This document shows, in pieces, positions 8,872 to 17,791 of a stretch of DNA of 64,000 nucleotides. A program made the position numbers and the translations under genes. A model generated the notes under the pieces. That model did not search any database, was not told the origin of the DNA, and was given only the letters and a program-made list of their open reading frames with translations. The first letter of the stretch is position 1, and every line of letters starts with the position of its first letter. The stretch is from Acidimicrobiales bacterium (GTDB lineage Bacteria; Actinomycetota; Acidimicrobiia; Acidimicrobiales; SZUA-35), in assembly GCA_024638805.1 (NCBI GenBank), contig JAHEJO010000001.1, positions 31,001-95,000 of the forward strand. Direction: 5' to 3'.

Positions 8872-9390
8872 CTAGTTCAGTCGAGGACAAGCGTGACCTG
8901 CGGGGTCGAGCGGCTGCCCACACAGACGACACGGTGGACGCCCGCTCTGCATCAGGATCTCGGACGTACTGATGAACGCCGCGGCCTGCTCCACCGTCAG
9001 GTGGACTCGGAGGACCGAACCCTTCAGCTCCTCGCCCTCGAGGGCGGCGAGCTCGTCTTCGAGGGTTGGCTGTTCGACGAGTTCCTCGACCACCAGGACG
9101 ACCCTGCTTTCATCCTCGTCGATACCCACGGCGATCTGTCCGACGACGAACGCGGGCTGGGCCGGCTCGAGGAGCGGTACCGGAGTCGGCAGTTCCTCGG
9201 ACGGGGCAGGGAGATCGTCGAGGAGGGTGCTGAGGAAATTGGCCAGGGCCGATACCTGCTGCTTCTCCAGCTTGACGCTGTGGTAGCCGAATGTGTCACC
9301 AGCTTGCAGGAAGAACGTGCGCTGCCCGGGATCACCGACTGCTCCGGCGGTGAAATGACTGGCGTCGCGGTACTCGTACAGTTCTGCCAT
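8872..9390 (-). CDS. DUF3090 domain protein
   Basis: FTAGAVGDPGQRTFFLQA near the N-terminus and the C-terminal CRLCGQPLDPAGHACPRLN zinc-ribbon-like tail are typical of DUF3090. Confidence 0.85.
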   Translation of the reverse strand: MAELYEYRDASHFTAGAVGDPGQRTFFLQAGDTFGYHSVKLEKQQVSALANFLSTLLDDLPAPSEELPTPVPLLEPAQPAFVVGQIAVGIDEDESRVVLVVEELVEQPTLEDELAALEGEELKGSVLRVHLTVEQAAAFISTSEILMQSGRPPCRLCGQPLDPAGHACPRLN

Positions 9391-10046
9391 CAGCTGAGGA
9401 TCAGGGACGAGAGGTCATCGCCGGTCGAGTTGACCGCCAAGACGCGGGGCCCGAACGGTGTGAACAGGATCGCCGAAATCGAGCACGGTCCGATGACGAT
9501 GCGCTGGAACAGATCGAGGTGGGTACCCATGGCGTCCGCCACGGCGGCCTTGATCGGGTCGGCATGGCTCACCGCCACCACGCGGTCGCCGGGGTGCTCG
9601 GCAACGATCTCGTGAAGGACGCCGGAAACCCGTTGCTGCATCTCGGCGAACGATTCACCGCCCGGGAACCGAAAGCTGCTCGGGTAGTTCTGGACCCGCT
9701 GCCATTCGGGCAACTTCGACAGCTCCGACAGCTTCCGGCCGGTCCATTCCCCGAAGTCGGCTTCGATCAGGCCCTTCCGCACAAGAACGCGCTGATGCAG
9801 CGCCCGGCCGATCGGTTTGGCGGTGTCACGCGTTCGTTCCATCGGCGATGCGTACACCGCAGCAAACGAGTCGGCCCCGAGTCCGGCCAGTCGTAGGGCG
9901 GCACGCCCGGCCTGCTGCAGGCCCTCTTCGGAAAGGCGAAGACCCCTGGCGCGTCCGGGCAGTACGGATCCGGTCGTTGGGGTCTTGCCGTGCCTCACCA
10001 GAAAGACGGTCGTCGGCTTGGGAGGCTTGGGCTTCTTGGCTGCCAT
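9390..10046 (-). CDS. Histidine phosphatase family protein (MSMEG_4193-type putative phosphomutase)
   Basis: VFLVRHGKT catalytic RHG motif and the ...VAVSHADPIKA second His motif. ATG at 10046 (MAAKKPKPPK). Confidence 0.85.
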   Translation of the reverse strand: MAAKKPKPPKPTTVFLVRHGKTPTTGSVLPGRARGLRLSEEGLQQAGRAALRLAGLGADSFAAVYASPMERTRDTAKPIGRALHQRVLVRKGLIEADFGEWTGRKLSELSKLPEWQRVQNYPSSFRFPGGESFAEMQQRVSGVLHEIVAEHPGDRVVAVSHADPIKAAVADAMGTHLDLFQRIVIGPCSISAILFTPFGPRVLAVNSTGDDLSSLILS

Positions 10047-10206
10047 AACGCAGCACCACGGTACCGGCGCCGACCGATGGAAGGGCAGAGCGCACACCCC
10101 AGCTCGCGGTCGTGCCGGATGGCACAGCGGCGACCGCGTCGGAGTGCATCTCGATTGCGCTGTCGCACGAAGATAGGAGTGACACTCTTACTCTGGAGGA
10201 AACCAC

Positions 10207-10428
10207 ATGCCCGCCCTTCCCCAAGACGTCCGGCTGAGAATCCCGTTCATCGTTGCCGGATTTGCCTCGTTCCTCTTCTCGGTCTACCTGTATTTTGTGC
10301 AGGACGATCAGATGGCCGGGATCTTCGTTGGACTGTGGGTCCCGTCGATCCACTCGTTGGGCACGCTCCTACTCGGCCCCGTGGACACGCCTGCGCCGAG
10401 CAGCCAGACCGAGCAGGTCCCATCATGA
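10207..10428 (+). CDS. Small membrane protein (2 predicted TM helices)
   Basis: IPFIVAGFASFLFSVYLYFV and GIFVGLWVPSIHSLGTLLLG hydrophobic spans. RBS-like CTGGAGGAA upstream. Confidence 0.5.
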   Translation: MPALPQDVRLRIPFIVAGFASFLFSVYLYFVQDDQMAGIFVGLWVPSIHSLGTLLLGPVDTPAPSSQTEQVPS

Positions 10429-10604
10429 GCGAGACGACCATCTTCATCGTGGGTGTGATCGTCTTCGCCATCACCATCTACGGCGCCGTCATGGCCGGTG
10501 GAATCGCCCTGACCCGGGCCGAGATCGAGCAGAACCCGCGGCGAGAGAGAGGCTTCGCCGACGAGGACCTCAAGAAGCGCTTTCCGTTCCGGGGCAGGTA
10601 CTAG
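10425..10604 (+). CDS. Small membrane protein (59 aa, 1 TM)
   Basis: MSETTIFIVGVIVFAITIYGAVMAGGIAL. Its ATG overlaps the upstream stop (ATGA). It is hidden inside a longer out-of-context track ORF. Confidence 0.45.
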   Translation: MSETTIFIVGVIVFAITIYGAVMAGGIALTRAEIEQNPRRERGFADEDLKKRFPFRGRY

Positions 10605-10662
10605 ACAGCCAAAGAGCTCGGCGCGTACCGAAACCCGCCGCTCGTCGCCGGCCGCGCAGATG

Positions 10663-11115
10663 TCACCCGCTGGTCCGTTCGGGTGAGGCAACCGACTCCA
10701 CGGTGACGACGATCGAACCCTGCCCGGTCAGGGCGCCGAGGAGTGCGAAATCAACCTCGGCGCTAAGCGAAACGACCAGGTCGTTGGGAATACCGTCGCC
10801 ATCGCGCACCTGCACCTCACTCGTGGACGAGATCGCCTGGCCGCCGACCGAGTCGATCGTGCGGTCGGCCACCAAAGGGGCGAGGACAGGATCCAGGACC
10901 AATTGCCCGGTCAGCCGGTACTGGGCGATGTCGATCGCGTTGGCGCCGGCACTCGCTGCCGCATCGGCGCGGTGAAGGAGATCCTGGCGAACCGTGATGA
11001 CACGCCACAGGTCGATACTCATCGCGCCGACGGAGAGAATCAGGACGACGAGTCCGAGGCCGAACACCGTCACCGATCCATCCTCGCTTCCTCGGCCGGC
11101 ACGCCACCAGATCAT
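10663..11115 (-). CDS. TadG/TadE-like pilus assembly (pseudopilin-like) protein
   Basis: N-terminal GSVTVFGLGLVVLILSVGAMSIDLWRV is typical of the TadG-like N-terminal domain. ATG at 11115 overlaps the upstream stop by 4 nt. Confidence 0.7.
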   Translation of the reverse strand: MIWWRAGRGSEDGSVTVFGLGLVVLILSVGAMSIDLWRVITVRQDLLHRADAAASAGANAIDIAQYRLTGQLVLDPVLAPLVADRTIDSVGGQAISSTSEVQVRDGDGIPNDLVVSLSAEVDFALLGALTGQGSIVVTVESVASPERTSG

Positions 11116-11552
11116 TCGGGAATCCGCGCGTAGGTCGGGTATCGCTCGGTATGTCGGGCGGTGTAGTGGAACGAGCCGAAGTCGAAGAACACCACGGCTC
11201 GCAACCGGACGGAAACCTCGATGTCGACCATCGAACCCAACGTTGCAGTTGGACGGGCAGAGGTGACCGACAAGGTCCCAACCTCCAAACGATGGCTCCG
11301 CTCGACCATGCTGACCGCCTCGTCGACCGATCCTTGGTCGCCACCGCTGAGCACGAATGCACGACCGGCTTCCGCCGCCGCGTCGTCGGCGGCATGCGCA
11401 CCCCGAATCCACGTGGGGACCGTCAGGACGATGAAGGCGAACGGCACGATAACCAAACCGATCAGCAGCGGCAGTTCGAGCACTGCAGAGCCGCGCTCGC
11501 CGGCCCGTTCGGCTCGGCCCGGGCACTGCGAACGGGTACTCCGAACCCTCAT
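11112..11552 (-). CDS. TadE-like protein
   Basis: ERGSAVLELPLLIGLVIVPFAFIVL TadE N-terminal motif. 4-nt overlaps with both neighbours. Confidence 0.75.
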   Translation of the reverse strand: MRVRSTRSQCPGRAERAGERGSAVLELPLLIGLVIVPFAFIVLTVPTWIRGAHAADDAAAEAGRAFVLSGGDQGSVDEAVSMVERSHRLEVGTLSVTSARPTATLGSMVDIEVSVRLRAVVFFDFGSFHYTARHTERYPTYARIPE

Positions 11553-11944
11553 GGCGGAAGTCGCTCGGTGACCGCCACCGCTCGGACTTCGAAGGACCAG
11601 TCAGGCGAAAACGGGACCCAGCGGTTGAACGTCACCGGCACCACGAGTTCGGTGAACTCAGGCCCACGGGAACAGCGGGGTTCTCCCACACCCCTACCGA
11701 GACTGCCGCCGAGGAGGGCCATCCGCGCTCTGTCGAACACAACGCTGCACGCCGAGTCATCGGAGCCGTGGGCCGCCGATGCCCGAACCGCATCGTTGGC
11801 CGCGGCTCGAACGGCGCCCTCGCCGTACTGCCAAACGGCGAACTGGGCGATGAGGACGAACGCCACGAACATGACGCTGATCGCCAGGATCCCCGAGAGG
11901 ATGACGGCGCCGCGCTGATCGTCGAGATCGGAAGCGAGCGGCAC
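11549..11944 (-). CDS. TadE-like protein
   Basis: QRGAVILSGILAISVMFVAFVLIAQFAV N-terminal hydrophobic segment. Position in the tad operon. Confidence 0.7.
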   Translation of the reverse strand: MPLASDLDDQRGAVILSGILAISVMFVAFVLIAQFAVWQYGEGAVRAAANDAVRASAAHGSDDSACSVVFDRARMALLGGSLGRGVGEPRCSRGPEFTELVVPVTFNRWVPFSPDWSFEVRAVAVTERLPP

Positions 11945-11948
11945 GACC

Positions 11949-12134
11949 TCAGCCAGTGATCATGTCCCGGATCGACTCCAGCACGGTGCTGCCGATATCG
12001 GTCATCCCGGCCATCAGAGCGACGATGACCCCCACCGCCATCGCGGCGAGGCCGAGATACTCGATCACCCCGGCCCCGCGCTCCGCGGTCCGACGTTCTG
12101 ACCATGTGCGGCTATGTGTGACATATGTTGCCAT
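11949..12134 (-). CDS. flp: Flp family type IVb pilin precursor
   Basis: 61 aa. Flp motif ERG/AGVIEYLGLAAMAVGVIVAL (G-xxxxEY). Strong RBS GGAGAGGAAG upstream on the minus strand. Confidence 0.85.
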   Translation of the reverse strand: MATYVTHSRTWSERRTAERGAGVIEYLGLAAMAVGVIVALMAGMTDIGSTVLESIRDMITG

Positions 12135-12177
12135 TTCGCTTCCTCTCCACTGATTGTCATGTCGATCTGACGTGGCC

Positions 12178-13116
12178 TCACGGTGCGACCCCGAAGACGA
12201 GGGACGGCAGCGCAGCGGCCACGAACAGGATCATCACCGGCGTGATGAACAGGAGTAAAGGGACGAGCATGGCGGTTCGCCTTTTCACCGCCCGACGGGC
12301 GATGTCCTGCTTGCGCTCGAGTCGCAGATCCTCCGCAACCGACAGCAGCGAGGAGCTGATATCGCCGCCAGTGGTGGCAGAGGCTGCCAGCAAACGATAC
12401 AGCCGGGCGGCGGCCGGTTCTTCGGTCGCCTCGGCCAGCCGGTCGTAGGCCTTCTGAGCGGGCGTTCCCGACGAGATCCACGAAACAGCTTCGGTCAGCT
12501 CTACGGCCACGGGACCCGTTGCCCGTCCGCACACCGAACCCACCGCATCCACCGGTCCACTGCCGGTTCTGAGTCGCACGGCAATCAGCTGGGCGATCGT
12601 GTAGACCTCGCTCCGCATGCTCTCGGCTCGGCGCTCGGTCGCCGATGAGAGCCGGCCTCGTTCGATGGTGGCCCCATAGAACCCGAAGCAGGCCATGAAG
12701 AGCGTTGACAGCCACACACTCCCGAAGACGAGGCCGAGAACGACTCCGACGGTGAGACCGCCGATCGCGTGGGCCAGCTGACGAATTCGGTATTGGGAAG
12801 GATCTGTGTCGGTGTACCCGGCGTTGCGGAGGCGACGCTCGAGCGTCTCGTGATCGGCAGCGTCGACCAGTTGACCGAGATGACCGGCGACCCGATCGAG
12901 AAGGGGACCCACGACCCGCCCTATCGGCGTCCTGTCGTCCCCGCCGGTCAGCGCTACCACCGAGATGTCCATGTGTCCGGTGCCGAGTCTGGACCGCGAC
13001 AACGCGGCATACGGAAGCACCCGACCGCCGAGGGGTCGGCGAGGAGGCACGATCGCCCGTGTCACCAGCACGGCAAAGCCGGCTGCGACGATAGCGGCGA
13101 CGAAACCTGCGGTCAC
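12178..13116 (-). CDS. tadC: Type II secretion system F family protein, TadC
   Basis: Polytopic membrane protein with a T2SSF-like C-terminal region (AEDLRLERKQDIARRAVKRRTAMLVPLLLFITPVMILFV). GTG at 13116 overlaps the tadB stop (GTGA). Confidence 0.75.
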   Translation of the reverse strand: MTAGFVAAIVAAGFAVLVTRAIVPPRRPLGGRVLPYAALSRSRLGTGHMDISVVALTGGDDRTPIGRVVGPLLDRVAGHLGQLVDAADHETLERRLRNAGYTDTDPSQYRIRQLAHAIGGLTVGVVLGLVFGSVWLSTLFMACFGFYGATIERGRLSSATERRAESMRSEVYTIAQLIAVRLRTGSGPVDAVGSVCGRATGPVAVELTEAVSWISSGTPAQKAYDRLAEATEEPAAARLYRLLAASATTGGDISSSLLSVAEDLRLERKQDIARRAVKRRTAMLVPLLLFITPVMILFVAAALPSLVFGVAP

Positions 13117-13997
13117 CGCTGGCCCGCCGAGGTCAGAATCCGGTGCTCGACGGGGAGTCGACCGAGCCGGTTGATGGTGACGAGTCCGCCCATGCACAGG
13201 AGCCCTCCGAGACCGATCACCAGCCAACCGGCGCCGGTTCTGTAGAACGCGGCGTACTCGTTCGATGTGGCGATCAGAAGGAACAGGACGGCGAATGGCA
13301 TGATCGCCGCCCCCCGGGCCTCGATCTTGATCTCGAGTTGCGCGGTGCGGATGTCATCGCGAAGTGCAAGGTCGCCAGCGGTGGCGGCCGCCAGGTCGCC
13401 GAGCACGTCGATGACGACGGCCGGCCCCTGTTCGAAGGCGACGAGGATGATCTCGATCACACGGTCGCTGACCGGATCGGCCAGTTCCTCGCGAACGATC
13501 TGGAGCGAGGTGCGCTGGCCGAGCGTCGCCGCCAACCCGGCGTAGCGGTTGAAGTGGGGGCGGAGCGCGAGCGGTCCGCTGGTACCGAGTTCGACGAGCG
13601 CAGCGTGAACCGACATCGAAGACCGGAGGTGTGCGATCAGATCACGAAGAGCGTCGGGCCAGGCGTCGATTCGTTCACGCTCCAACGCGGCGCGGCGGCG
13701 CCCGTAGAACGAACGTGGCAGCCACAGACCGAGACCACCGGCGACCAGAGCGAACGGTGCAACGCCGGTCACGGCCTGAACGACGAGCGAAACAGACGCC
13801 GCCAGGCCGATCGAGACCGCGATGAATTGTGAGGGCGTCACGTCGACCCCGGCTTGGCGTAGCCACTCACGGGTGCGGTGCCGACGTGGTTGGGTCCGGG
13901 AGGTCGATCGCTCGAGGAACCGGGGGGTGATCCCGACGAGCGCGCCGAGGGAAAGGTAGACGAACAGTCCCGCCGACAGCCCTGCGAGCAGTTTCAT
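13113..13997 (-). CDS. tadB: Type II secretion system F family protein, TadB
   Basis: MKLLAGLSAGLFVYLSL... and a T2SSF-like body. ATG at 13997 overlaps the tadA stop (ATGA). The 480-aa track ORF extension is antisense-type Arg-rich sequence. Confidence 0.8.
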   Translation of the reverse strand: MKLLAGLSAGLFVYLSLGALVGITPRFLERSTSRTQPRRHRTREWLRQAGVDVTPSQFIAVSIGLAASVSLVVQAVTGVAPFALVAGGLGLWLPRSFYGRRRAALERERIDAWPDALRDLIAHLRSSMSVHAALVELGTSGPLALRPHFNRYAGLAATLGQRTSLQIVREELADPVSDRVIEIILVAFEQGPAVVIDVLGDLAAATAGDLALRDDIRTAQLEIKIEARGAAIMPFAVLFLLIATSNEYAAFYRTGAGWLVIGLGGLLCMGGLVTINRLGRLPVEHRILTSAGQR

Positions 13998-15298
13998 GAA
14001 TGGTTCTCGCCGCCGCTCAGCAGTTCCATCGTGGTCAAACCGTGGGGAGCCAGAACCAGGTCGAGCCGCTGCTCGAGGTCGACCGGCAATCGAGCACCAG
14101 TCCATTCGAGTTCGTGGTCGAAGGACCGGCGCTGGAAGATCGGTTCGACCGTGAAGTTGAATTCGTTCGTCGGCATGGCCGGAACAGCGAGGATCTCCAT
14201 CACCTTGCGCCGTCCACCGGCACCGCCGACAACGGCCGCCGACGGCTCCTTGGCCGTGTGGACGACAACATCGATGATGCTCGAGAACACGCTGCAGACG
14301 TGCTCGAGCGCCACGTTGGGCCCGGCCATCGTGGCGGTCGAGACGAGAGCCCGCAGACCCTGTCGTGCACTGTTGGCGTGGATCGTGCTCAGCATGCCGG
14401 CTCCGGCGTTTCCGGCCCGGGTCAGTTCGTATGCCTCGGCCCCTCGCACCTCGCCGACCACGATCAGATCGGGTCGCATCCCGAGCGAGACCTTCACCAG
14501 ATCGCGAAGGGTGACCTCGTTGGCACCGTCGGGTCCGGCCGGGCGCGTCCGCCAACGAGCGGCGTGGAGGTGATCCACCGACACCTCCGGCGTGTCCTCA
14601 CATGCGATCACCCGGAGTGTGGGGGGTGCTGCACGCAGCATCGCATTCACGAGCGTGGTCTTACCGGAACCGGGTTGGCCGGTGACGATGACCCCGGTCG
14701 GCGTGGCCATCATGGCGCCGAGCAGGCGAGCGGCCGGCTCGCTGATCGAGTGCCAGTCGATCAGTTCCTGGAAGCTCTCTCGTTTGGAGAGGTACCGCCG
14801 GATCGTGACGTCGATCGCATCCGCGATCGGCGGGAGCACCACGCCGATACGGGCCGTTCCATCCAGGATCTGGGTCTGGACGACCGGCCTGCTCTCGTCG
14901 ACCGCCTGCCCGACCGTGGCCAGCAGCTTGTGAACGACGTGGGTGACCTCCTCCTCGCTCACAGGGTCGGGCCATGCCAGCATCCGTCCGTCGGCGTCGA
15001 CGTACGTGACGTTCGAACCGTGAATGATCAGTTCCTCGTACTTCAACGAGCCGTCGAGGAACGGCGTCAGCGGTCCGAACTCGAAGAGGCTGCGAGCGAG
15101 TCGACTCATCATCGCCGCGGGATCGGACAGGGGCCGCCCGGTACCGCCGGAGGTCGCGTCGGCCTGGTACTGATTCACGAGCTGCTGAATCAACGCTCGC
15201 ACCTCGCCGCGCTCGCGCAGATCGATGCTGAGAAGTCGGATCGCTTCGAGGGCCTGGTAGCGAAGATCCTCGTAGGCGTCGGTGACGGCGGTGCTCAT
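13994..15298 (-). CDS. tadA: CpaF/TadA family secretion ATPase
   Basis: Walker A GQPGSGKTTLVNAML, Walker B region LRVIACEDTPE, and His-box-like GMLSTIHANSA. ATG at 15298 overlaps the upstream stop. Confidence 0.9.
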   Translation of the reverse strand: MSTAVTDAYEDLRYQALEAIRLLSIDLRERGEVRALIQQLVNQYQADATSGGTGRPLSDPAAMMSRLARSLFEFGPLTPFLDGSLKYEELIIHGSNVTYVDADGRMLAWPDPVSEEEVTHVVHKLLATVGQAVDESRPVVQTQILDGTARIGVVLPPIADAIDVTIRRYLSKRESFQELIDWHSISEPAARLLGAMMATPTGVIVTGQPGSGKTTLVNAMLRAAPPTLRVIACEDTPEVSVDHLHAARWRTRPAGPDGANEVTLRDLVKVSLGMRPDLIVVGEVRGAEAYELTRAGNAGAGMLSTIHANSARQGLRALVSTATMAGPNVALEHVCSVFSSIIDVVVHTAKEPSAAVVGGAGGRRKVMEILAVPAMPTNEFNFTVEPIFQRRSFDHELEWTGARLPVDLEQRLDLVLAPHGLTTMELLSGGENHS

Positions 15299-16548
15299 GA
15301 TGCGACCCTTTCGGTCGGGGTGTCCCATCCGGCATGCAATCGGGTCCGCCATCGCGAACCGCTGGGTTGGACACCGCTCAGCGAGCTCAGACCGCGAAGG
15401 AATGGACCGGCGGTGATGGTGGCGGCATCCCACGCAGCCCGGGTGACACGCCGGTCGTTCGACACCAAGGTGAGACTGTTCAGGCGCTCGCCAGCGATCT
15501 CCCGTACCGCGTCACGCAGCTGAGAAGCGTACGCCGTGCCCGCCGGTGCCCGATTGACGACGACGTCGATCGGTGCGCCGTCGGCCAGTGCGACCGCGTC
15601 CACGAGCCAGTCGACGAAGTGGAGGACTCCGGTCGGTGATGCATGAGCGACGCCGATGATTCGGTCGGCTCGCTTGATCACCTGCCGGCTCACCTCGTAG
15701 CGCGGCGTATTGGGGATCTCTTCGAGGGTGGAGCCCACTTTGGCGATGACGTGGGTCCACCGCCGGGTGAGGTGATCGACGAGGTCGATCACCTCGTCGG
15801 CTCGCAGGAGCGACCAGTCCTCACGCGATGCCAGGCCGGTGATCACATCGAAGCCGAGCCCGGGCTGACCCAGGACGGGACGGGCCGTGCATTCCTCGAC
15901 GGTAAGATCGGCTGCTTCGAAACCCGGCGTGGACGCTCGCTGAAGGGCATGTACGGCGGTCACGATGTGTGGGTGGATGGAAACCCCCAGTCGACGGGCC
16001 AGACCGGGATGACTCTCGTCGGTGTCGACGAGGATGGTCGGCTCGGCGGCCATGAGTTGAGCCAAACCCACGGCGACCTCCGTGGCGCCGGCGCCCGACG
16101 GCCCCCCGACAGCGATGACCGGATGGGTGAGGTCAGCGGCCGATCCGTCCGCGGCCGTGGTGGGGTCGTCTTCGGCGAAGGATGTCGCCGGTCGGGGTCG
16201 ATGTTGACGGAGGTAGGCGACGAGCGCTTCGGTGTGAAGGTCTGAAGGGATCGCCAGTTCGATCCCGACGTCGTGGAGGAATCGTTTGCCGAAGCCCTCG
16301 CTCTCGCTGGGATCGAAGATGCCGACAACACTTTTCCCCGACCGGTGGAGGGCGTCCACGACCGGCGCGTTGATCCAACTGGTGTCATCGTCGACGACGA
16401 CCACTTCGACGGTGTGCGCCAACGCCTGGTTGCGATCCCGAACCAGCAACACCACCATGTCGGACTCGTGATCCCTGACATGGCTCTGGAGCCGACCGCG
16501 CCACTGGCGGTTGCTGAGGCAGGCGGCGACCAGCATGGGGCCGTTCAC
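15295..16548 (-). CDS. CpaE/TadZ-like protein of the actinobacterial Ssd type (ParA/MinD-like fold with a lysine-less P-loop)
   Basis: VIAVGGPSGAGATEVAVGLAQLMA occupies the deviant Walker A position but has no Lys. The N-terminal domain is receiver-like. Position between cpaB-like and tadA. Confidence 0.7.
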   Translation of the reverse strand: MNGPMLVAACLSNRQWRGRLQSHVRDHESDMVVLLVRDRNQALAHTVEVVVVDDDTSWINAPVVDALHRSGKSVVGIFDPSESEGFGKRFLHDVGIELAIPSDLHTEALVAYLRQHRPRPATSFAEDDPTTAADGSAADLTHPVIAVGGPSGAGATEVAVGLAQLMAAEPTILVDTDESHPGLARRLGVSIHPHIVTAVHALQRASTPGFEAADLTVEECTARPVLGQPGLGFDVITGLASREDWSLLRADEVIDLVDHLTRRWTHVIAKVGSTLEEIPNTPRYEVSRQVIKRADRIIGVAHASPTGVLHFVDWLVDAVALADGAPIDVVVNRAPAGTAYASQLRDAVREIAGERLNSLTLVSNDRRVTRAAWDAATITAGPFLRGLSSLSGVQPSGSRWRTRLHAGWDTPTERVAS

Positions 16549-17225
16549 GGTCGATCCATTTGACTCTGGGCGTTCTCGTCGGGGCCCGACTGGAACGATC
16601 TCATTGGAAGCGCTCCTGTACTGCGGACGATGTGAAGTGGTCCGTTGCGTTGGCCGAGGCTGAGGCGAAGTGCTTCGTTCTCGCCGACCTGCACTGTGAC
16701 GAAGCTCTGATTCGTGCCGCCGAAGCCTCGGGTGGAACCGCTGGAGGTGGCATCGACGATCAGGTCATGAGCCAGAAAGACCGGTGCATCATCGTCATCG
16801 AAACCAACGATGTCCACTCGGTCATTGCGCACCAGGCCGAGGCCTTCGATCTGATAGCCATCGATCGGAATGGTCAGCGTGCGGAACTCGAGGCGTCCTA
16901 CATCGATGAGGTCCGACTTCATGATCGGGGTCCCACCTGCGATCGAACGGACGAGCACCTTGCCCACGAGATCCTCCGGTCGGGCAAACCGATCGACGCC
17001 GGGGGTCGAGGCGCTGATCGCCTGGGGGGTGGTGGCGATGGCTCCGGCCTGAGACCCGACGTCGGCGTAGGCCACCTCGACGGTTGCGGCCCGGTCGCTC
17101 AGGGCGCTATTGACGAACACGAACGTTGCGAGACCGGCGAGGACCATCAACCCATGAGCCAGTGTGAAGCGCGCCGGAAGGCGAGTCATGAACCGCACCG
17201 CACCCAACGTACGTGTGGACCCCAT
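16545..17225 (-). CDS. CpaB/RcpC-like Flp pilus assembly protein (SAF domain)
   Basis: N-terminal TM LAHGLMVLAGLATFVFV, then a SAF-like region (GKVLVRSIAGGTPIMKSDL). First gene of the operon. Start uncertain (alternative Met at about 17189). Confidence 0.65.
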   Translation of the reverse strand: MGSTRTLGAVRFMTRLPARFTLAHGLMVLAGLATFVFVNSALSDRAATVEVAYADVGSQAGAIATTPQAISASTPGVDRFARPEDLVGKVLVRSIAGGTPIMKSDLIDVGRLEFRTLTIPIDGYQIEGLGLVRNDRVDIVGFDDDDAPVFLAHDLIVDATSSGSTRGFGGTNQSFVTVQVGENEALRLSLGQRNGPLHIVRSTGALPMRSFQSGPDENAQSQMDRP

Positions 17226-17270
17226 TGCCCGTCAGAGCCACCCGGTCCAACCGCTCCCCACATTCCGTGA

Positions 17271-17340
17271 AGGGTAACAACTGCTGTTCAAAGTTGTCAA
17301 CTTACTTTGAAATATGTTAGATGTAATTATACGTACTTAG
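17271..17340. promoter_or_regulatory. AT-rich divergent promoter/operator island upstream of the tad operon
   Basis: The 70-nt stretch agggtaacaactgctgttcaaagttgtcaacttactttgaaatatgttagatgtaattatacgtacttag lies in an otherwise GC-rich context. CAACT/AGTTG repeats occur at 17278-17282, 17292-17296 and 17298-17302. There is a perfect TATAAT on the minus strand (rc of attata at 17325-17330). Confidence 0.55.
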
Positions 17341-17479
17341 CGTGGCATCACGGGAGTGCTGACCGGCCCATACGCTGTCGGGCCCTTTGCTCAGTGAAGG
17401 CGAGACTCGTCATGCGATGCATCGTCACGGCAGCTCGGCGCGAATGGAAACAAGAGCAGTTCTGGGTTATGCTGAGTGA

Positions 17480-17734
17480 ATGAGCGATGAGAACGACGGC
17501 TACGACGCGGTACGAGAACAGTATCCGGCGATCCTCACCACCGCTCAGGTCGCCGAGCTGCTCGATCTGAACGTACGGACCGTGCTGAACATGGCCGGGG
17601 ATGGTCGCCTCCCGGCCAGCCGTCTCGAAGGTAGCCGCAAGTTCCATTTCTCGCGAGACCAGATCATCGACACGTTGAAAGCCAACGTGGTCGTGCCCTC
17701 TGCGCCGGCCACCAAGAACGCCACGAAAGGCTGA
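17480..17734 (+). CDS. Excisionase-family (MerR-like, BldC-like) helix-turn-helix DNA-binding protein
   Basis: ILTTAQVAELLDLNVRTVLNMAGDGRLPASRL..KFHFSRDQI matches the excisionase-type HTH pattern. Confidence 0.7.
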   Translation: MSDENDGYDAVREQYPAILTTAQVAELLDLNVRTVLNMAGDGRLPASRLEGSRKFHFSRDQIIDTLKANVVVPSAPATKNATKG

Positions 17735-17791
17735 GCTCGGGACCACCGTTCACTGCTCAAGGAACACCCCTCGCCAGCCGATGGAGACGGT

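Noticed and set aside
14000-15523. 507-aa plus-strand ORF opposite tadA. Similar very long antisense ORFs occur at 49840-51543, 40750-42132, 37725-38933, 42317-43798, 21823-22983, 55415-56569, 59801-61144, 29919-30980, 20066-20935 and 25767-26732.
   Set aside because: All lie antisense to genes with unmistakable family motifs. Their translations are Arg/Gly/Pro/His-rich with no motifs. Stop-poor antisense frames like these are expected in high-G+C DNA.
17480-17734. Excisionase-family HTH gene considered as evidence for a prophage or integrative element between the AT-rich islands.
   Set aside because: There is no integrase, tRNA, direct-repeat att sites or phage/conjugation genes. The genes between the islands have the same high G+C and codon style as the rest of the window. 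Small excisionase-type HTH regulators (BldC-like) are common chromosomal regulators in actinobacteria.
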